Positions 50,305 through 62,372 are shown, numbered from the stretch's first letter. The stretch: 64,000 nucleotides of DNA from Candidatus Sumerlaeia bacterium (GCA_033764015.1 JANRJK010000013.1:542174-606173); one strand, 5' to 3'. Notes: a model not told the origin generated them from the letters alone. A program made the numbers and translations.

Positions 50305-51501
50305 TCAGCCCTTCTTCGCGTTCTTCTCGGCGGCGGGCTTCTTCGCCGCGGTGCCCGGCATCGCGACGCCGAACGCCTCGGGATTCAGCCCTTCGAGGCC
50401 CTTGGCGACGAAGGCGCCGTCCTTGCGGACCAGCTTGCCGTCGAAGTACATCTCGCCGCCGCCGAAGTCGGGGCGCTGGATGTTGACCATGTCCCAGTGC
50501 ACCACCGAGCGGTTGCCGTTCTCGGTCTCCTCGTAGCACTGGCCGAGCGCCATGTGGAAGGAGCCGCAGATCTTTTCGTCGAACAGGATGTCGCGCATGG
50601 CGTAGTGGATGTGCGGGTGGAAGGCGATGGCGAACTCGCCGACGTAGCGCGCGCCGGGGTCCTGGTCGAGGATGTCGTTCAGCTTGCGGGTCTGGTCCGC
50701 GGAGGGGCATTCGGCCGAGACCACCTTGCCGGCCTTGAACGTCAGCTTGATCCCGTCGAAGGGGTTACCCTCGTAGATCGTGGGGGCGTTGAACGTCACG
50801 ACGCCCTCGACGCTGTCGCGGACCGGCGCGGTGAAGCATTCGCCGTCGGGGATGTTGTGGGTGCCGCAGCAGGGGATCGACTTGATGCCCTTGATCGACA
50901 TGCGCAGGTCCGTGCCCGGGCCCTTGATCTCGACGCGGTTCGTCTTCTCCATGAGCGCCTTGAGCGGCTTCACGGCCTTTTCCATCTTCGCGTAGTCGGT
51001 GCAGCACACGCGGTAGTAGAACTCGGCGAAGGTCTCGCGCGAGCGCTGCGCGAGCTGCGCCATCGCGTTGTTCGGGTAGCGGAGCACCACCCAGCGGGTG
51101 TGCTTCACGCGCTGCTCGAGCATGACGGGCTTCGAGTAGTGCTCGTTGTAGAGGCGCATCTTGTCGCGGTTCACGCCCGCCATCTCGAAGGCGTTCGACG
51201 TTCCGCGGATGCCGATGTAGCACTTGGTGCGCTTCATCGCCTCGAGTTCGAACTCGCCCATGCCCTTGAAGACCGCCTCGGAGGCGTTCTCGATCACGTC
51301 GCGGAGCAGCGACGGGTCGTCGAGCTTGACGAACGGGATCGCGCCGCGCTTGGCGGTCTCGCGCGCCAGGACCGATAGCAGCCCGAGCGTGTCGAGCCCG
51401 ACTCCGTGGATCATGACGACTTCGCCCTTCTTCGGGCGTGTCGAGTGGTCGAGGAGCACTTTGGCGAGTTCGAGGTCGCGCGGATCGGTGGGGCCGTACA
51501 T
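50305..51501 (-). CDS. M29-family aminopeptidase (AmpS/PepS-like)
   Basis: 398 aa with the characteristic M29 segments (GPGTDLRMSIKGIKSIPCCGTHNIPDGE, GEFAIAFHPHIHYAMRDILFDEK). Start trimmed to ATG 51501. Confidence 0.75.
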   Translation of the reverse strand: MYGPTDPRDLELAKVLLDHSTRPKKGEVVMIHGVGLDTLGLLSVLARETAKRGAIPFVKLDDPSLLRDVIENASEAVFKGMGEFELEAMKRTKCYIGIRGTSNAFEMAGVNRDKMRLYNEHYSKPVMLEQRVKHTRWVVLRYPNNAMAQLAQRSRETFAEFYYRVCCTDYAKMEKAVKPLKALMEKTNRVEIKGPGTDLRMSIKGIKSIPCCGTHNIPDGECFTAPVRDSVEGVVTFNAPTIYEGNPFDGIKLTFKAGKVVSAECPSADQTRKLNDILDQDPGARYVGEFAIAFHPHIHYAMRDILFDEKICGSFHMALGQCYEETENGNRSVVHWDMVNIQRPDFGGGEMYFDGKLVRKDGAFVAKGLEGLNPEAFGVAMPGTAAKKPAAEKNAKKG

Positions 51502-51523
51502 GGGGCGGAGTCCTTTGGGGGGC

Positions 51524-53874
51524 TTAGAAGTCGGAGCCGATGCGGAAGCTGAGGAGGCGGCGGCGGTCGCCCTCGCGGCGGACGACGGCGAAGCCGACAT
51601 CGAGGTCGAGAATGATCGGGCCGAGGTCGGCGCTGAAGCCGGGACCGACGCCGACGCGGGGCCGGTCGAGGCTGAACCGGTCGTCGGAGAGGATCGCGCC
51701 GTCGGCGAAGATGCGCCCCTGGAACTGCTTCGAGAAGCGGTAGCGCAGCTCGTGGCGCTGCGTGAGGCGCGTGGCGCCGCCGATGGCGAGGCGCTTCTCG
51801 CCCGGGTCGCGTGCGCCGACCTCGCGCGGCGCGAAGCCGCGCAGCGTCGAGGGGCCGCCGACGAAGTAGCGCTCGCTGAGGCCGACATCCTGCGCGTCGC
51901 GCGGCATCAGTCCGACGGTGTGGCCGTAGGCGTACACCCAGTCGGCGTCGTCGTTCAGGGCGAAGTAGCGGTCGTAGCCGTGGTTCATCTTCACCAGCAG
52001 CCCGTCCGCGGTGCCCGCCTCGACGCCGCCGCTCGCCTTGTAGCCGCGCGTCGGGAACCAGGCGCCGTCCGTGCGGTCGTACACGATGCGCGCGGAACCG
52101 GTGGCGACGAGGTAGCCTTTGAACTCGTACTCGGGGTCGCCGTCGATGTCCTTGAACTTGATCGTCTCGAGGCGCCCGCCGCCATAGAGCGTTGTGTACT
52201 CCGAGAGGCGGTAGCCGATCTCGCTCGTGGTGCCGATGGCGCGCTCGGTGTACACGCGGTAGCGGTTCTCCGAACGGTACGCGGTGAACTCGTAGCTGAA
52301 GTCCGAGTCGCCGATGTAGCGGTCGAAGTAGCGGACGCGGAAGTCGCGCGTGTTGGTGCCGACCGTGGCGGAGGCTTCGAACTGGTCCGCCTCGCCGAAG
52401 AGGTTGTTGTTCGTGTAGGCCAGCGTGGCGGAGGGGCCGCTGACGCTTCCGACGCCTGCGGAGATCGTGAAGAAGCCGGCGTTCGGCGTCTCCTTCGTCT
52501 CTACCACCGCGTCGCGCACCTCGGGATTGCCGGTGGCCTCGGGGCGCACCGCGACCTCGTCGAACACGCGGAGGCGGCGGAGCCGGTCCTCCGTGCGGTC
52601 GGCGTCGCGCTGCAGCCAGCGCTCGCCCGGCTTGAGGCGCACCTCGCGGAGGATCACCTCGTCCTTCACCGGCGGCGACAGCTTGAGGAACAGCTCCTGC
52701 AGCCAGCTCAATTCGATCTGCGTGTCGTAGCGGTCGCGCGCGAGACGCACCTGGCCGACCAGCACCGGCGCCCCTTCGGTCACCTGCACCACCACGCGGG
52801 CCTGCGAGGTGGCGGCGTCGCGCTCGAGGCGCGTCTCCACGTTCGTGTCGATGAACCCCTGGTCGCCGTAGAGCTTCTTGAGGCGCAGGATCCCCTCCTG
52901 CATCCACTCGCCGGCGTACTTCTCGCCCACGAGGCGCTGGAAGCAGCGGTCCGCCTCCTCGCGCGTGAGCAGCGTCACGCCCCGGAGCTCGACCGCGGAG
53001 ACCGTGTAGCGCGGCCCCTCCTCGATCACGATCACCGGGGTGACGGTCGCCTTGGCCTCGTCGTACTTGAAGTCGCCGCGGCGGGCGCGCGCGTCCAGAT
53101 AGCCGCGGTCGCGGTAGACCGCTTCGACGGTGCGCAGGTCCGTCTCGAACGCGCGCTCGTCGTAGTAGCTGTCGAAGACGAACCAGCTCCCGGTGTTCTG
53201 CAGGCGCATGCGCAGCCAGAAGGCCGAGATGCTTTCGTTCCCCTCGAAGCGCAGGTCGTCGATGCGGATGCGCTCGCCCTCGTCGACGACGACGAACAGG
53301 TCCACCTTGCCGGGCTCGCCCTCGACGGGCTCCGCGTTCACCTGGATCAGCGGGCGGCGGTATCCGGCGCGGGAGTAGAAGCGGCGCAGCGCGGACTGCA
53401 ACTCCTCGCGCGCGGCGGGGCCGACCGGGTCGCCCTCCTTCAGCCCCGACTGCGCCGCCAGCGACTTCGCCGAGTAGCGCACGTTGCCGATGAAGCGCAG
53501 CTCGCGGAGCGCCGGGTTCTCCTTCACGTCGAAGACGAGCGCGACCGCGCCGTCCTCGAGCTCCGTGTAGGACACTGCGATCGCGAGCGGATCGATCTCG
53601 GCCTGGCTGGCGAGCGCTTCGAAGTCGCCGCGCATCGCCTCGCGCGTGAACGCGGAGCCGGCGCGGAGCTGGAGCTTCGGGAGCAGCGTGGCGGGGTCGG
53701 TGTTGGCGAGCCCCTCGATGCGGACCTCGCGGATCGGCGTGCCGTCGGGCGGCGGCTCGACGAGTTCCGCGGCGAGCGCCGCGAACGGCAGCGCGGCCGC
53801 CAGCGCGGCCGCCAAGGCGGCGCGCCGCAGGCCGGAAGTGGAGGGATTCGAGCCGCTCGGATGGCGTCGTGACA
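51524..53874 (-). CDS. bamA: Outer membrane protein assembly factor BamA (Omp85)
   Basis: Signal peptide, five POTRA-like repeats and a C-terminal 16-strand barrel ending ...LSFRIGSDF. This is the real 783-aa gene inside merged ORF 51524..54643. Confidence 0.85.
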
Positions 53875-53949
53875 TGATGACGGCAACGCTTTTCGGGCAT
53901 GCGCACTGGCGCAACTCAATTCGCCGCGCGCGCCGCGGCGGATCGCATT

Positions 53950-54678
53950 TCAGAGCACGTCGATGACGACGGGGGGGAGCGCGCGGGGCGCGCCGGGGCG
54001 CTCGCGCAGCGCGGGTGGCGGCGATCCGGAGCCGGTGCCCGCCGGGGCGAAGCGCACGCGCCCGTCCGGCAGCCGCTCGAGGCGAACCATCGGCGACGCC
54101 ACCGCCGCCAGCGCGTCGCGCCAGGGGCGCCCGTCCGGCACGCCGGGCCCGCGCCCGCCGGCCGGCGACACCGTCGCCAGCATCGACAGCCCCCGCGCCC
54201 GCAGCCGCTCCAGCCGCCGCAGCGCCGACGCGAACACGTGCCGCCGCTCGTGCCGCGGCACCTGCTCGTCCAGGAACAGCTCGTCCGCCCCGAGCAGCAC
54301 GACAAGCGGGCGCGGCTCGGACGCCAGCAGCGGCGGCAGCAACTCCTCCACCACCGCGCCGAACTGGTGGATCGTGAACGCGCGCGAAAGGAACACGCGC
54401 TCCAGCAGCGCCATCGGGTCCACCCCGTGCTCCCGCGCCCAGTTGGAAAAGCGGTACGGATCGAACCGGTTGCTCGAATCCAGGCAGTGGATCGAGCGCT
54501 CGCCCGCCACCACGCGCGCCAACGCGGTCCAAAGCGCCGGGACGTCGTCCCCGCGCAGTTCGAGCCCCACGAGGCACGGCGCCGCGAGACGCCCCGCCCA
54601 CCCCGCCGCGGGGGGCGCCGACGCGTCCGGGGGCGCGAGCCACTCGGCGGGACGGAGGGCGAGGGAGGCGTCGTCCAT
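53950..54678 (-). CDS. Hypothetical protein
   Basis: 243-aa ORF between pheA and bamA. No family recognised by eye. Confidence 0.4.
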   Translation of the reverse strand: MDDASLALRPAEWLAPPDASAPPAAGWAGRLAAPCLVGLELRGDDVPALWTALARVVAGERSIHCLDSSNRFDPYRFSNWAREHGVDPMALLERVFLSRAFTIHQFGAVVEELLPPLLASEPRPLVVLLGADELFLDEQVPRHERRHVFASALRRLERLRARGLSMLATVSPAGGRGPGVPDGRPWRDALAAVASPMVRLERLPDGRVRFAPAGTGSGSPPPALRERPGAPRALPPVVIDVL

Positions 54679-54859
54679 GGAGCCATTCCCGCGCATACGG
54701 CTTCTGCGTGCAAGCGTTAAGCGAATATTTGGCGAATCATTTCCGCCGCGATCTCTCGCCCGCGTGGCAGGTAGCGCCCTAAGACCGGCCCGGCGGGACC
54801 GCCACGGGTGGCGTAATGGCCCTAACGCTGTGGCGGGATGGGCGCGTCCGCCCCCGCGG

Positions 54860-55924
54860 CTACGCCCCTTCGCGCGGGTAGCTCCCCAGCACGCGCACCT
54901 CGGGGCATTCGGCTTCGAGCGCGCGCAGCGTGTCCGCGAGCGGGGCGTCTTCGCGGTGGCCCTCGACGTCGACGAAGAAAATCTGCTCCCAGGCGTTCTT
55001 GCGGCTGGGGCGGGATTCGATCTTGGTGAGGTTCAGGTCGCGCTCGGAGAATTGCTGGAGCGCGCGGTAGAGCGCGCCGGGCTTGTCGCGCACGCCGAAC
55101 ATCAGCGACGTGCGGTCGCGCCCCGTCGCGCGCGAGTCGCGCTTCGCCAGCACCAGGAAGCGGGTCGTGTTGTCCTTCATGTCCTCGATGGCGGGTGCGA
55201 GCACGCGGAGGCCGTACATCTCCGCGCCGATGCGGCTGCCGATCGCTGCCGCGTTGCGGTTCGTCGCGACCATCTCCATGGCGCGAGCGGTCGAGGCCAC
55301 CTCCTGGAGGTCCGCGTCGGGCAGGTTGGCGCGGAGCCATTCGGCGCACTGCATCAGGCCCTGCCGGTGGCTGTACACCGTGCGCACGCGCTCGAGCGTT
55401 CCGACGCCAACCAGCGATTGCTCGATCGGCATCAGGATCTCGGCGCAGATCATCGCCTGCGAATCGAGGAATGCATCCAGCGTGTCGTGGATGATGCCGC
55501 CGGTGCTGTTTTCGACCGGCACCACGGAGTGTTCGACGCGGCCGTCGTCGAGCATCTCGAACAGCTCGCGGATCGACTGCGTGCTTTCGAAGCGCACCGA
55601 GTGGCCGAACTCGCGGATGGCGGCTTGGTGCGAAAAGGTCGCGGGCGGGCCGAGGTACCCAACACGGAGCGGCTTCTGCAGGTTTAGGCAGGCGCTGAGG
55701 ATCTCGCGGAAGACGTTCGCGAGGCCGTCGCGCGGGATGTCGCCGGCGCTCATCTCGAGCGCCTTCTGCAGCACGCCGCGCTGGCGTCCGGCGTCGTAGG
55801 TGTTGAGGCCGCCGACCGCCTTGGTCTCGCCGACGGCGCGGGCGATGGAGGCGCGCTCGTCGAGCAGCTTCACGAGCTGGGAGTCGATCTCGTCGATACG
55901 GGTGCGGAAGTTCTGGAGGTCCAT
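54860..55924 (-). CDS. pheA: Bifunctional chorismate mutase / prephenate dehydratase (P-protein)
   Basis: Chorismate-mutase helix (LQNFRTRIDEIDSQLVKLLDERASIARAVGETK), a PDT domain (VGYLGPPATFSHQAA...ESRPSR) and an ACT domain. Trimmed to ATG 55924. Confidence 0.85.
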   Translation of the reverse strand: MDLQNFRTRIDEIDSQLVKLLDERASIARAVGETKAVGGLNTYDAGRQRGVLQKALEMSAGDIPRDGLANVFREILSACLNLQKPLRVGYLGPPATFSHQAAIREFGHSVRFESTQSIRELFEMLDDGRVEHSVVPVENSTGGIIHDTLDAFLDSQAMICAEILMPIEQSLVGVGTLERVRTVYSHRQGLMQCAEWLRANLPDADLQEVASTARAMEMVATNRNAAAIGSRIGAEMYGLRVLAPAIEDMKDNTTRFLVLAKRDSRATGRDRTSLMFGVRDKPGALYRALQQFSERDLNLTKIESRPSRKNAWEQIFFVDVEGHREDAPLADTLRALEAECPEVRVLGSYPREGA

Positions 55925-56000
55925 CGCGTGCCTTGCGCAGGGAATCGGATGCGCAACGCTGTCCGCCCGCGCGGACGGGGTCAAACGGACGCTCCGCGCG

Positions 56001-57389
56001 CTACTTGCCGAGGCAGAAGGTCGAGAATACCGCGTCGAGCAACTCTTCGTCGAGCGTCGCCGCCGCCGCGGGCGCGGTACGGTCGAGCGCCGCCAGCGCC
56101 TCCGTGAGGTGGACGGCGACGAACTCAGGAGCGAGGCTGGAGGCGAGCGCCTCGCGGGCGCGGACCAGATGTTCCGCGGCGTTGGCGACCGCGGAGGTCT
56201 GCCGAGCGGTGACCAGCGTCGCGCCTTCGCCGCGGTCCTCCGCGCGCAATGCGGCGGCGATGCGTGCCTCCAACTCCGCCACACCCGCGCCGGTTGCCGC
56301 GCTCACTGCGAGGACACCGAGCGCGCGCGCCTCCAGCGCCGGCAGGGGAGCGGGTGCGGCGGCGAGGTCCGCCTTGCTGCGCACCAGCAGGAACGGCGCG
56401 GCGCCGAGTGCTTCGAGCGCTGCGGGCTCGGCGGGCGGTTCCGCCGGATCGACCACCAGCAGCGCGAGGTCGGCCCCGGCGAGCTCGCGGCGCGACACCG
56501 CCACGCCCGCCGCTTCAACGGGGTCGTCCGCGTCGCGCAGGCCCGCCGTGTCCACCAGCGTCAGCGGCACGCCGGCGAGGTCGATGGTGGCCTCGACCGA
56601 GTCGCGCGTGGTGCCCGGATGCGGGCTGGTGATGGCGCGCTCGCGGCGCAGGAGCGCGTTGAAGAGCGACGACTTCCCCGCGTTCGGGGCGCCGGCGAGC
56701 ACCACGCGCGCGCCCTCCGCGAGGCGACGGCCCCGCTCCGCGGTCCGGAGCAGCGCATCGAGCATCGCCTGGACCGACTCGACATCCGCCGCGAGGCGCT
56801 GCTCGAGCGGCTCATCCACATCGTCCGGGAAGTCGACGAGCGCTTCGAGCTGCGCGAGCACAGGCACCAGCGCGGCGCGCGCGGCCGCGATCCGCTGCGA
56901 AAGCGCGCCGCCCAGCGCGCCGAGCGCGGCCCGCGCGGCGGCGTCCGTGCGGGCGCGGGCGAGCGCGCCGACCGCCTCCGCCTGCGCGAGGTCGAGGCGC
57001 CCGTTCAGGAGCGCTCGCCGGGTGAACTCGCCCGGATCCGCAAGGCGAGCGCCGCACGCCAGGCACGCGGCGAGCACGCGCTCCACGACGGCGGGCGAGC
57101 CGTGCAGGTGGAACTCCGCGGCGTCCTCGCCGGTGGCGCTGCGGGGCGCGTTCCAAAGCACCAGGAGGCCGTCGTCGATGGGCGTGCCGGATCCGTCGCG
57201 GACCTCCCCTTGTCGGAGTAGTCCCGGCGCGGCGTCGGCCTTGCGGTGCGGCGAGAACAACCGGATCGCCACGGCGTGCGCGGCTGGGCCGGACAGGCGG
57301 ACGATGGCGATGGCCGCCGCGCCGGGGGCGGTCGCCGGCGCGGCGATCGTATCGTGCGCGCGGAGCGGGTCCGCCGCGGGGCGGGGCAT
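56001..57389 (-). CDS. mnmE: tRNA modification GTPase MnmE
   Basis: G-domain [21 protein letters not shown] and the C-terminal C(I/L)GK tail. Confidence 0.85.
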   Translation of the reverse strand: MPRPAADPLRAHDTIAAPATAPGAAAIAIVRLSGPAAHAVAIRLFSPHRKADAAPGLLRQGEVRDGSGTPIDDGLLVLWNAPRSATGEDAAEFHLHGSPAVVERVLAACLACGARLADPGEFTRRALLNGRLDLAQAEAVGALARARTDAAARAALGALGGALSQRIAAARAALVPVLAQLEALVDFPDDVDEPLEQRLAADVESVQAMLDALLRTAERGRRLAEGARVVLAGAPNAGKSSLFNALLRRERAITSPHPGTTRDSVEATIDLAGVPLTLVDTAGLRDADDPVEAAGVAVSRRELAGADLALLVVDPAEPPAEPAALEALGAAPFLLVRSKADLAAAPAPLPALEARALGVLAVSAATGAGVAELEARIAAALRAEDRGEGATLVTARQTSAVANAAEHLVRAREALASSLAPEFVAVHLTEALAALDRTAPAAAATLDEELLDAVFSTFCLGK

Positions 57390-57410
57390 TGCGCGGAAGG
57401 GGCTAGCTGT

Positions 57411-58571
57411 TCACTCGGCCCACTTGCGCGGGGCCGGGCCGACGTAGGCCTCGCTGGGCCGGATGATGCGGTTGTCCGCGCGCTGCTCCAGGATGTGCGC
57501 GCACCAGCCCGCCGTCCGCGAGAACACGAAGATCGGTGTGAACAGGGGGATCGGAATGCCCATCGCATGGTACACGTAGGCGTGGTAGTAGTCCGCGTTC
57601 GGGAAGAGCTTCTTCTCGCGCCGCAGCACCTGCTCGACGCGCTCGAAGATCGGGAAGAGGCTGCCGTCCTCGCGCTCCGTGGCCATGGCGGCGGCGAAGC
57701 GCTTGATGATGTTGCTGCGCGGGTCCTGGATTTTGTAAACGCGGTGGCCGAAGCCCATCACCTTGTCCTTGCGGGCCAGCATCCCGAGGATCTGCTGCTC
57801 CGCGTCGTCCGCGTTGCGGAAGGGGAGGACCATCTCCATGGCGGCCTCGTTCGCGCCGCCGTGCAGGTTGCCCTTCAGCGTCGCGATGGCCGACGTCACA
57901 GCGCCGTACATGTCGGCGTTGGTCGAGGTGCACACGCGCGCGGCGAACGTCGAGGCGTTGAAGCCGTGCTCCGCGTAGAGGATCAGCGAGACGTTCATCA
58001 GCGAGCGTTCGAACTCGCTCGGCATCCGCCCGAACAGGCCGAAGAGGAAGTAGCCGCCGATGTCGGTGTGCGGATACTCGTCGAAGCGGGGGGGCTTCTT
58101 ACCCTGCGACGCGTGGTGCCAGTAGTTGATGATCGAGGGGGCGATGCCCAGAAGCCGCGCCGCCTGGTGCTCGGGCTCGTAGGCGTCCTCCGCCTCGAGG
58201 TGCCCCATGAACGAAACGCCGGTTCGAAGCACATCCATCGGGTGCGAGGTGGCGGGGATGCGGTCGAGCACCTCGCGGAGCGCCTGCGGCAGCGTGCGCC
58301 CCTCGACGACGTGCCGCAGGAAGTCGCGCGAGCGCCATTCCGTCGGCTTCTCGCCGCAAACCAGCATGCAGGCGACGTCCTCGAAGGTGGCCACGTCGAC
58401 CAGCTCCTCGACGTCGTAGCCGCGGTAGTGCAGGCTGTCGCCGGTGCGCCCCACGGTGCAGATGCTCGACACGCCGGCGATGACGCCTTCGAGCCCCTTC
58501 TTGTACTCCGGTGGAACGACAGCGGTTTCAGCGGCCACGACGGCCCTCCTCGGCTTGCGTGTATCCTTCAT
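57411..58571 (-). CDS. gltA: Citrate synthase (small, type I-like)
   Basis: [24 protein letters not shown] and DYYHAY motifs. 386 aa, starting at ATG 58571 inside merged ORF 57411..59867. Confidence 0.85.
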   Translation of the reverse strand: MKDTRKPRRAVVAAETAVVPPEYKKGLEGVIAGVSSICTVGRTGDSLHYRGYDVEELVDVATFEDVACMLVCGEKPTEWRSRDFLRHVVEGRTLPQALREVLDRIPATSHPMDVLRTGVSFMGHLEAEDAYEPEHQAARLLGIAPSIINYWHHASQGKKPPRFDEYPHTDIGGYFLFGLFGRMPSEFERSLMNVSLILYAEHGFNASTFAARVCTSTNADMYGAVTSAIATLKGNLHGGANEAAMEMVLPFRNADDAEQQILGMLARKDKVMGFGHRVYKIQDPRSNIIKRFAAAMATEREDGSLFPIFERVEQVLRREKKLFPNADYYHAYVYHAMGIPIPLFTPIFVFSRTAGWCAHILEQRADNRIIRPSEAYVGPAPRKWAE

Positions 58572-58615
58572 CCGCCCGCGGCCGCCGGGGGAGCAAGTCG
58601 GAGCTTCCGGCGCGG

Positions 58616-59623
58616 CTAGACGTGGTAGCCCGCGCGGGCCCTGGCGGCCCACTCCCCCGTCCAGCCGTCGATGCAGCGCCGCAGACCCTCTTCGAGCGAC
58701 ACCCGCGGCGACCACTCCAGTTCCTCCCGGGCGCGCGCGGAGTCCGCAAGCAGGCGGCCCACCTCCGACGCGGCGGGGCGCAAGCGCGCCGCCTCCTCCA
58801 CGATGGGGATGTCGCGTCCCGCGAGCCGAAGAAGCGCAACCGCGAGTTCGCCGATCGACACCTCGCGTCCCGAGCCGAAGTTGAACACACGCCCGTGGAC
58901 GGCGCCGCCCGCCTCCGCCAGTGCGATCATGCCGTCGACCGTGTTCGAGACGAAGTTCAGGTCCCGCGTCGGCGACAGCGCTCCGAGCCGAAGCTCCTCC
59001 GCGCCGCCGAGCACCTGCGCGAGGATCGCGGGGATGATCGCCCGCGTGCTCTGCCGCGGGCCGAAGGTGTTGAACGGGCGCGCGATGGCGACCGGAGTGC
59101 CGAAGCTGCGGAAGTGGCTCTCCGCCAGCGCGTCCGCGCCGACCTTTGAGGCGGCGTAGGGCGACTGCGCCTGCAGCGGGTGCTCTTCCGTGATCGGCGC
59201 GAAGCGCGCGGTGCCGTACACCTCGCTGGTCGACGTGTGCACCACGCGGCGGACGCCTTGCGAGCGCGCCGCCTCGAGAACGTGGAGAGTCCCTTCGACG
59301 TTCACCTGCAGGTAGCTCAGCGGCGCGCGGTATGAATATGGGATGGCGATGAGCGCGCCGAGGTGGAACACCGTGTCCACACCGCGAGTGGCATCCGCCA
59401 CCAGCGCGCCGTCGCGCAGGTCGCCCTGGAAGACCTCGATGCGGGGGAGCAGCTCCGGCGCGGCGTGGTCGAGCCAGCCTGCGGAGCCGGCGCCGTTGTA
59501 GCGGACGAGTGCGCGGACGTGGGCGCCACGGCGGGCGAGTTCCTCCGCGAGGTGCGAGCCGATGAACCCCCCCGCGCCGGTCACGAGCACCGCGCGGTCG
59601 GCCCAGAAGCCCTGCGCGCTCAC
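58616..59623 (-). CDS. NAD-dependent sugar epimerase/dehydratase (extended SDR)
   Basis: [14 protein letters not shown] and YAASK motifs. GTG start overlaps the upstream stop (GTGA). Confidence 0.8.
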   Translation of the reverse strand: MSAQGFWADRAVLVTGAGGFIGSHLAEELARRGAHVRALVRYNGAGSAGWLDHAAPELLPRIEVFQGDLRDGALVADATRGVDTVFHLGALIAIPYSYRAPLSYLQVNVEGTLHVLEAARSQGVRRVVHTSTSEVYGTARFAPITEEHPLQAQSPYAASKVGADALAESHFRSFGTPVAIARPFNTFGPRQSTRAIIPAILAQVLGGAEELRLGALSPTRDLNFVSNTVDGMIALAEAGGAVHGRVFNFGSGREVSIGELAVALLRLAGRDIPIVEEAARLRPAASEVGRLLADSARAREELEWSPRVSLEEGLRRCIDGWTGEWAARARAGYHV

Positions 59624-59895
59624 AGCGCGAAGCCCTTGCGCTTGGCGATGACCGCCTTCGCGTCCGCGAGCATCCGCTGGAAGTCGGCCCCCTCGCGCAG
59701 GATCTCGGCGCCGTGCTGACGCAGGGCGCGCTCCGCCTCCGCTTCGATCGCCATCTCCTCGGCGATGTTCTTGCGCAGCACCGCGCGCACCACGGCGCGG
59801 ACCTGCTCGGTGTTGGCCACCTGGACGGCGGGGTCGGAGGCGAGCGCGTCGACGACGGCTTGGGCAAGCGGTTCGATCAGGTCTTCGCGGAACAT
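59620..59895 (-). CDS. DUF507-family small protein
   Basis: 91 aa ([60 protein letters not shown]...). Confidence 0.5.
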   Translation of the reverse strand: MFREDLIEPLAQAVVDALASDPAVQVANTEQVRAVVRAVLRKNIAEEMAIEAEAERALRQHGAEILREGADFQRMLADAKAVIAKRKGFAL

Positions 59896-59975
59896 GTCTG
59901 GATCGAACGGCGGGGAGCGTGGCGGGGCCAACAAAAAGGGGCCGGGCGCCTGCGCGCCCACGCGCCCCGGCGGAG

Positions 59976-62372
59976 CTAGCCGGTCTTGGTGGGCAGACCG
60001 CGCGGGCGCCATCCCGCCAGCACCGCCGCTCCGATCCATCCCAGCGCCGAAAGCAGCCAGACTCCCGTGCCGCCGGTGTCAGAGGTGAAGGAGCGCCGGA
60101 CCGTGTGCGTCCCCGCCGGAAGCCCGACCGACCGTGGCCCAAGCGCCTCCCCTCCGGTCGGCAGCGCTTCCCACTTCCACCCCGGATGATCCGCCGTGGA
60201 AACGTGCAGCACGCCCGGCGCCGACAGCTCAACTTGGTACTCTTCCGCTTGTGCGGAGCGGTCGACCCTCCGGACCCGCCCGAGGCCGGGTTGGGGTTCG
60301 GCGGACCAGTCGTCCCCCGCGCCGATCCACGCCCAGCCGCGCGCGGAGGGGTTTTCGAGCAGCATCAAGCCTTCCGCTGTGATCCGCTCGACGGGCCGGA
60401 GCCCCAGCGCCTCCAGCTCGCGCATCGGTTGCCCGGCGCCATAGGTCAGCACCCAGCGCACATTGTACGCCGCCAGCGGCTCGATCCGGTTCAGTCCCGG
60501 GAAGCGCAGGAATGGCGCGACCCGCATCCCCGGCTCGTATCCGTCGACGGCGGCCTGCAGGTCGCGTACGGTTCCGCTGAGCAGGAGCTGGCGGTACCCG
60601 CGCGCGGACTCGATGCGCGAGACCACGGGCCCCTCGTACAGCAACTCGGGGGTGAACTGGTCGAACTGCCAGCCCTGCACGTCGTCCAGGTGGAGCACGC
60701 GGCCGGTCGCGGAGAGCGCGCTCAGGCGCTCGACGAGCGGGCTTTCCAGGTAGAGCCGGTCGAGCGCCGCGGCGGCGGGGGAGAGCCGGAAGTAGCGCTC
60801 GGGCGCGTCGACGAAAGCCTCCTCCTCCCTCGTCGGAAAGTCGAGCGAGTACGGGCGCCAATAGCGTTTCGCGTCGACCACCGTGAAGGCGAGCAGCACG
60901 GCGAGCAGAACGCCCGGCGAGCTTCTGCGGCGCCAAAGGAGCAGCGTCAGCAGCGCGCCTCCCGCCAGCAGCCCGAAGGTCCACTCGACGCTCCGGCGCG
61001 CGCTGCCGAGGAGTCCTTCCTCGAGTTCCTCGCGGACCGCCGGGGCGAACTCGAGCAGCTTGCGCTGGAATCCGAGCGAATCGAGGAGCTGGGGCAGCAG
61101 CGCGCGGCAGGCGAGCGCCGCCAGGAGCACGGCGCCCGCCGTGACGAAGAGCTGGCGATTGCGGTCGGCGTCCCACTCCGCAAGCCGGTCGAAGGCCATC
61201 GCTGCTCCGACAGCCAGCGTTACGCCCACCCACAATGCCCACCGCGCGGGCACGCGGAACAGGTCGAAGCCGGGGAGGACTTCGAACGCGATCCGGAAGA
61301 GGGGGCTGGAGGAGCCGAACGCGAGGGCGAAGCCCACCGCCGCGACGGCGATGAAGGCTCCCGCCGCGCGGCGGGCGCCAAGGTCTTCTCCGCCCCGCAA
61401 GGCGATCCCGAGCCCCGCGAGCCCGAGCACCCACCCCGCGACCGTCGCGTAGCCCGCCACTTCGTGGAATCCGGTGAGCCCGCTCCAGTGGGCGAGGTCG
61501 CTCGCGGGAGCGAACAGCTCCGGAAAGAACCAAGTCGCGACGTGGCGGAGCTGGAGGGAGTCGCCGGTGATGAACCGCCAAAGGTCGCCGCCGGTGCGGG
61601 GGTCGGCCAGCGCCTGGAACCCGCGCACGGCCCACAGGTGCGGCATCGCGAGCAGGACGGCGCCCGCCGCCGCGCCCGCGTATGCGGCGAGGTCCGCCGC
61701 GAGCGGCTTCGCATCGGCGCGCCCGAAGTCCCTCCACGCGACCAGGAGGACGCCTCCACCGAACCACGTGACGAAGGTCATCTGCGGCATCCCGGCGAGG
61801 AGCTGCATCCCGCCGGTGAGCGCCAAGGCTCCGGCCCCGCGGCGGCGTTCTCCCGCGGCGAGCCAGTGCGTCGCCAGCGCATGCCACGGCAGCCACGCGA
61901 CTGTGTAGACGAAGACAAGGATGCCGGGCTGGATGCGGAAGGTGTAGAAGGCGCCGCAAAGCCACAGCGCCAGGGCAAGGAGCGATCCGTGGAACCCCGC
62001 GAACCTCCGCGCCAGCGCGAACATCCCGACGCCGGAGAACGCGAAGTGCAGCATCTGGGCGACCGTGAGGCCGGACGCCGCGCCCTCCGCGCCCCAGAGC
62101 TTGAGGAGCCAGGTCGCAGGATAGAGCAGTGTCGACTGCGGATCGGCGAGGAGCGGCGCGCCTGCGAACGTCCAGGGCAGCCAGCCGGCGCCGTCGCGGA
62201 GCCAGGCGACCACCCAGGGAAGGAAGAAGTGCCGTGTATCACCGCCGATCGCCGCCGTGCCTCCCCACACCAGGGAGCCGAAGAGCGCCAGCAGCACCGC
62301 GACCGCGAGCGCGGACGCCTTCGCCAGCTCGCGCAGCGGAGGCAGCAGGGGAGGCGCGGGGGCATCGGTCAT
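59976..62372 (-). CDS. YfhO-like GT-C family membrane glycosyltransferase (about 800 aa)
   Basis: About 13 TM helices in the N-terminal 450 aa, followed by a large extracytoplasmic C-terminal domain. Confidence 0.6.
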   Translation of the reverse strand: MTDAPAPPLLPPLRELAKASALAVAVLLALFGSLVWGGTAAIGGDTRHFFLPWVVAWLRDGAGWLPWTFAGAPLLADPQSTLLYPATWLLKLWGAEGAASGLTVAQMLHFAFSGVGMFALARRFAGFHGSLLALALWLCGAFYTFRIQPGILVFVYTVAWLPWHALATHWLAAGERRRGAGALALTGGMQLLAGMPQMTFVTWFGGGVLLVAWRDFGRADAKPLAADLAAYAGAAAGAVLLAMPHLWAVRGFQALADPRTGGDLWRFITGDSLQLRHVATWFFPELFAPASDLAHWSGLTGFHEVAGYATVAGWVLGLAGLGIALRGGEDLGARRAAGAFIAVAAVGFALAFGSSSPLFRIAFEVLPGFDLFRVPARWALWVGVTLAVGAAMAFDRLAEWDADRNRQLFVTAGAVLLAALACRALLPQLLDSLGFQRKLLEFAPAVREELEEGLLGSARRSVEWTFGLLAGGALLTLLLWRRRSSPGVLLAVLLAFTVVDAKRYWRPYSLDFPTREEEAFVDAPERYFRLSPAAAALDRLYLESPLVERLSALSATGRVLHLDDVQGWQFDQFTPELLYEGPVVSRIESARGYRQLLLSGTVRDLQAAVDGYEPGMRVAPFLRFPGLNRIEPLAAYNVRWVLTYGAGQPMRELEALGLRPVERITAEGLMLLENPSARGWAWIGAGDDWSAEPQPGLGRVRRVDRSAQAEEYQVELSAPGVLHVSTADHPGWKWEALPTGGEALGPRSVGLPAGTHTVRRSFTSDTGGTGVWLLSALGWIGAAVLAGWRPRGLPTKTG

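Noticed and set aside
51524-54643. 1039-aa ORF
   Set aside because: Only 51524..53874 (BamA, which has its own ATG and signal peptide) is real. The N-terminal third is R/A/G-rich garbage overlapping the separate hypothetical gene.
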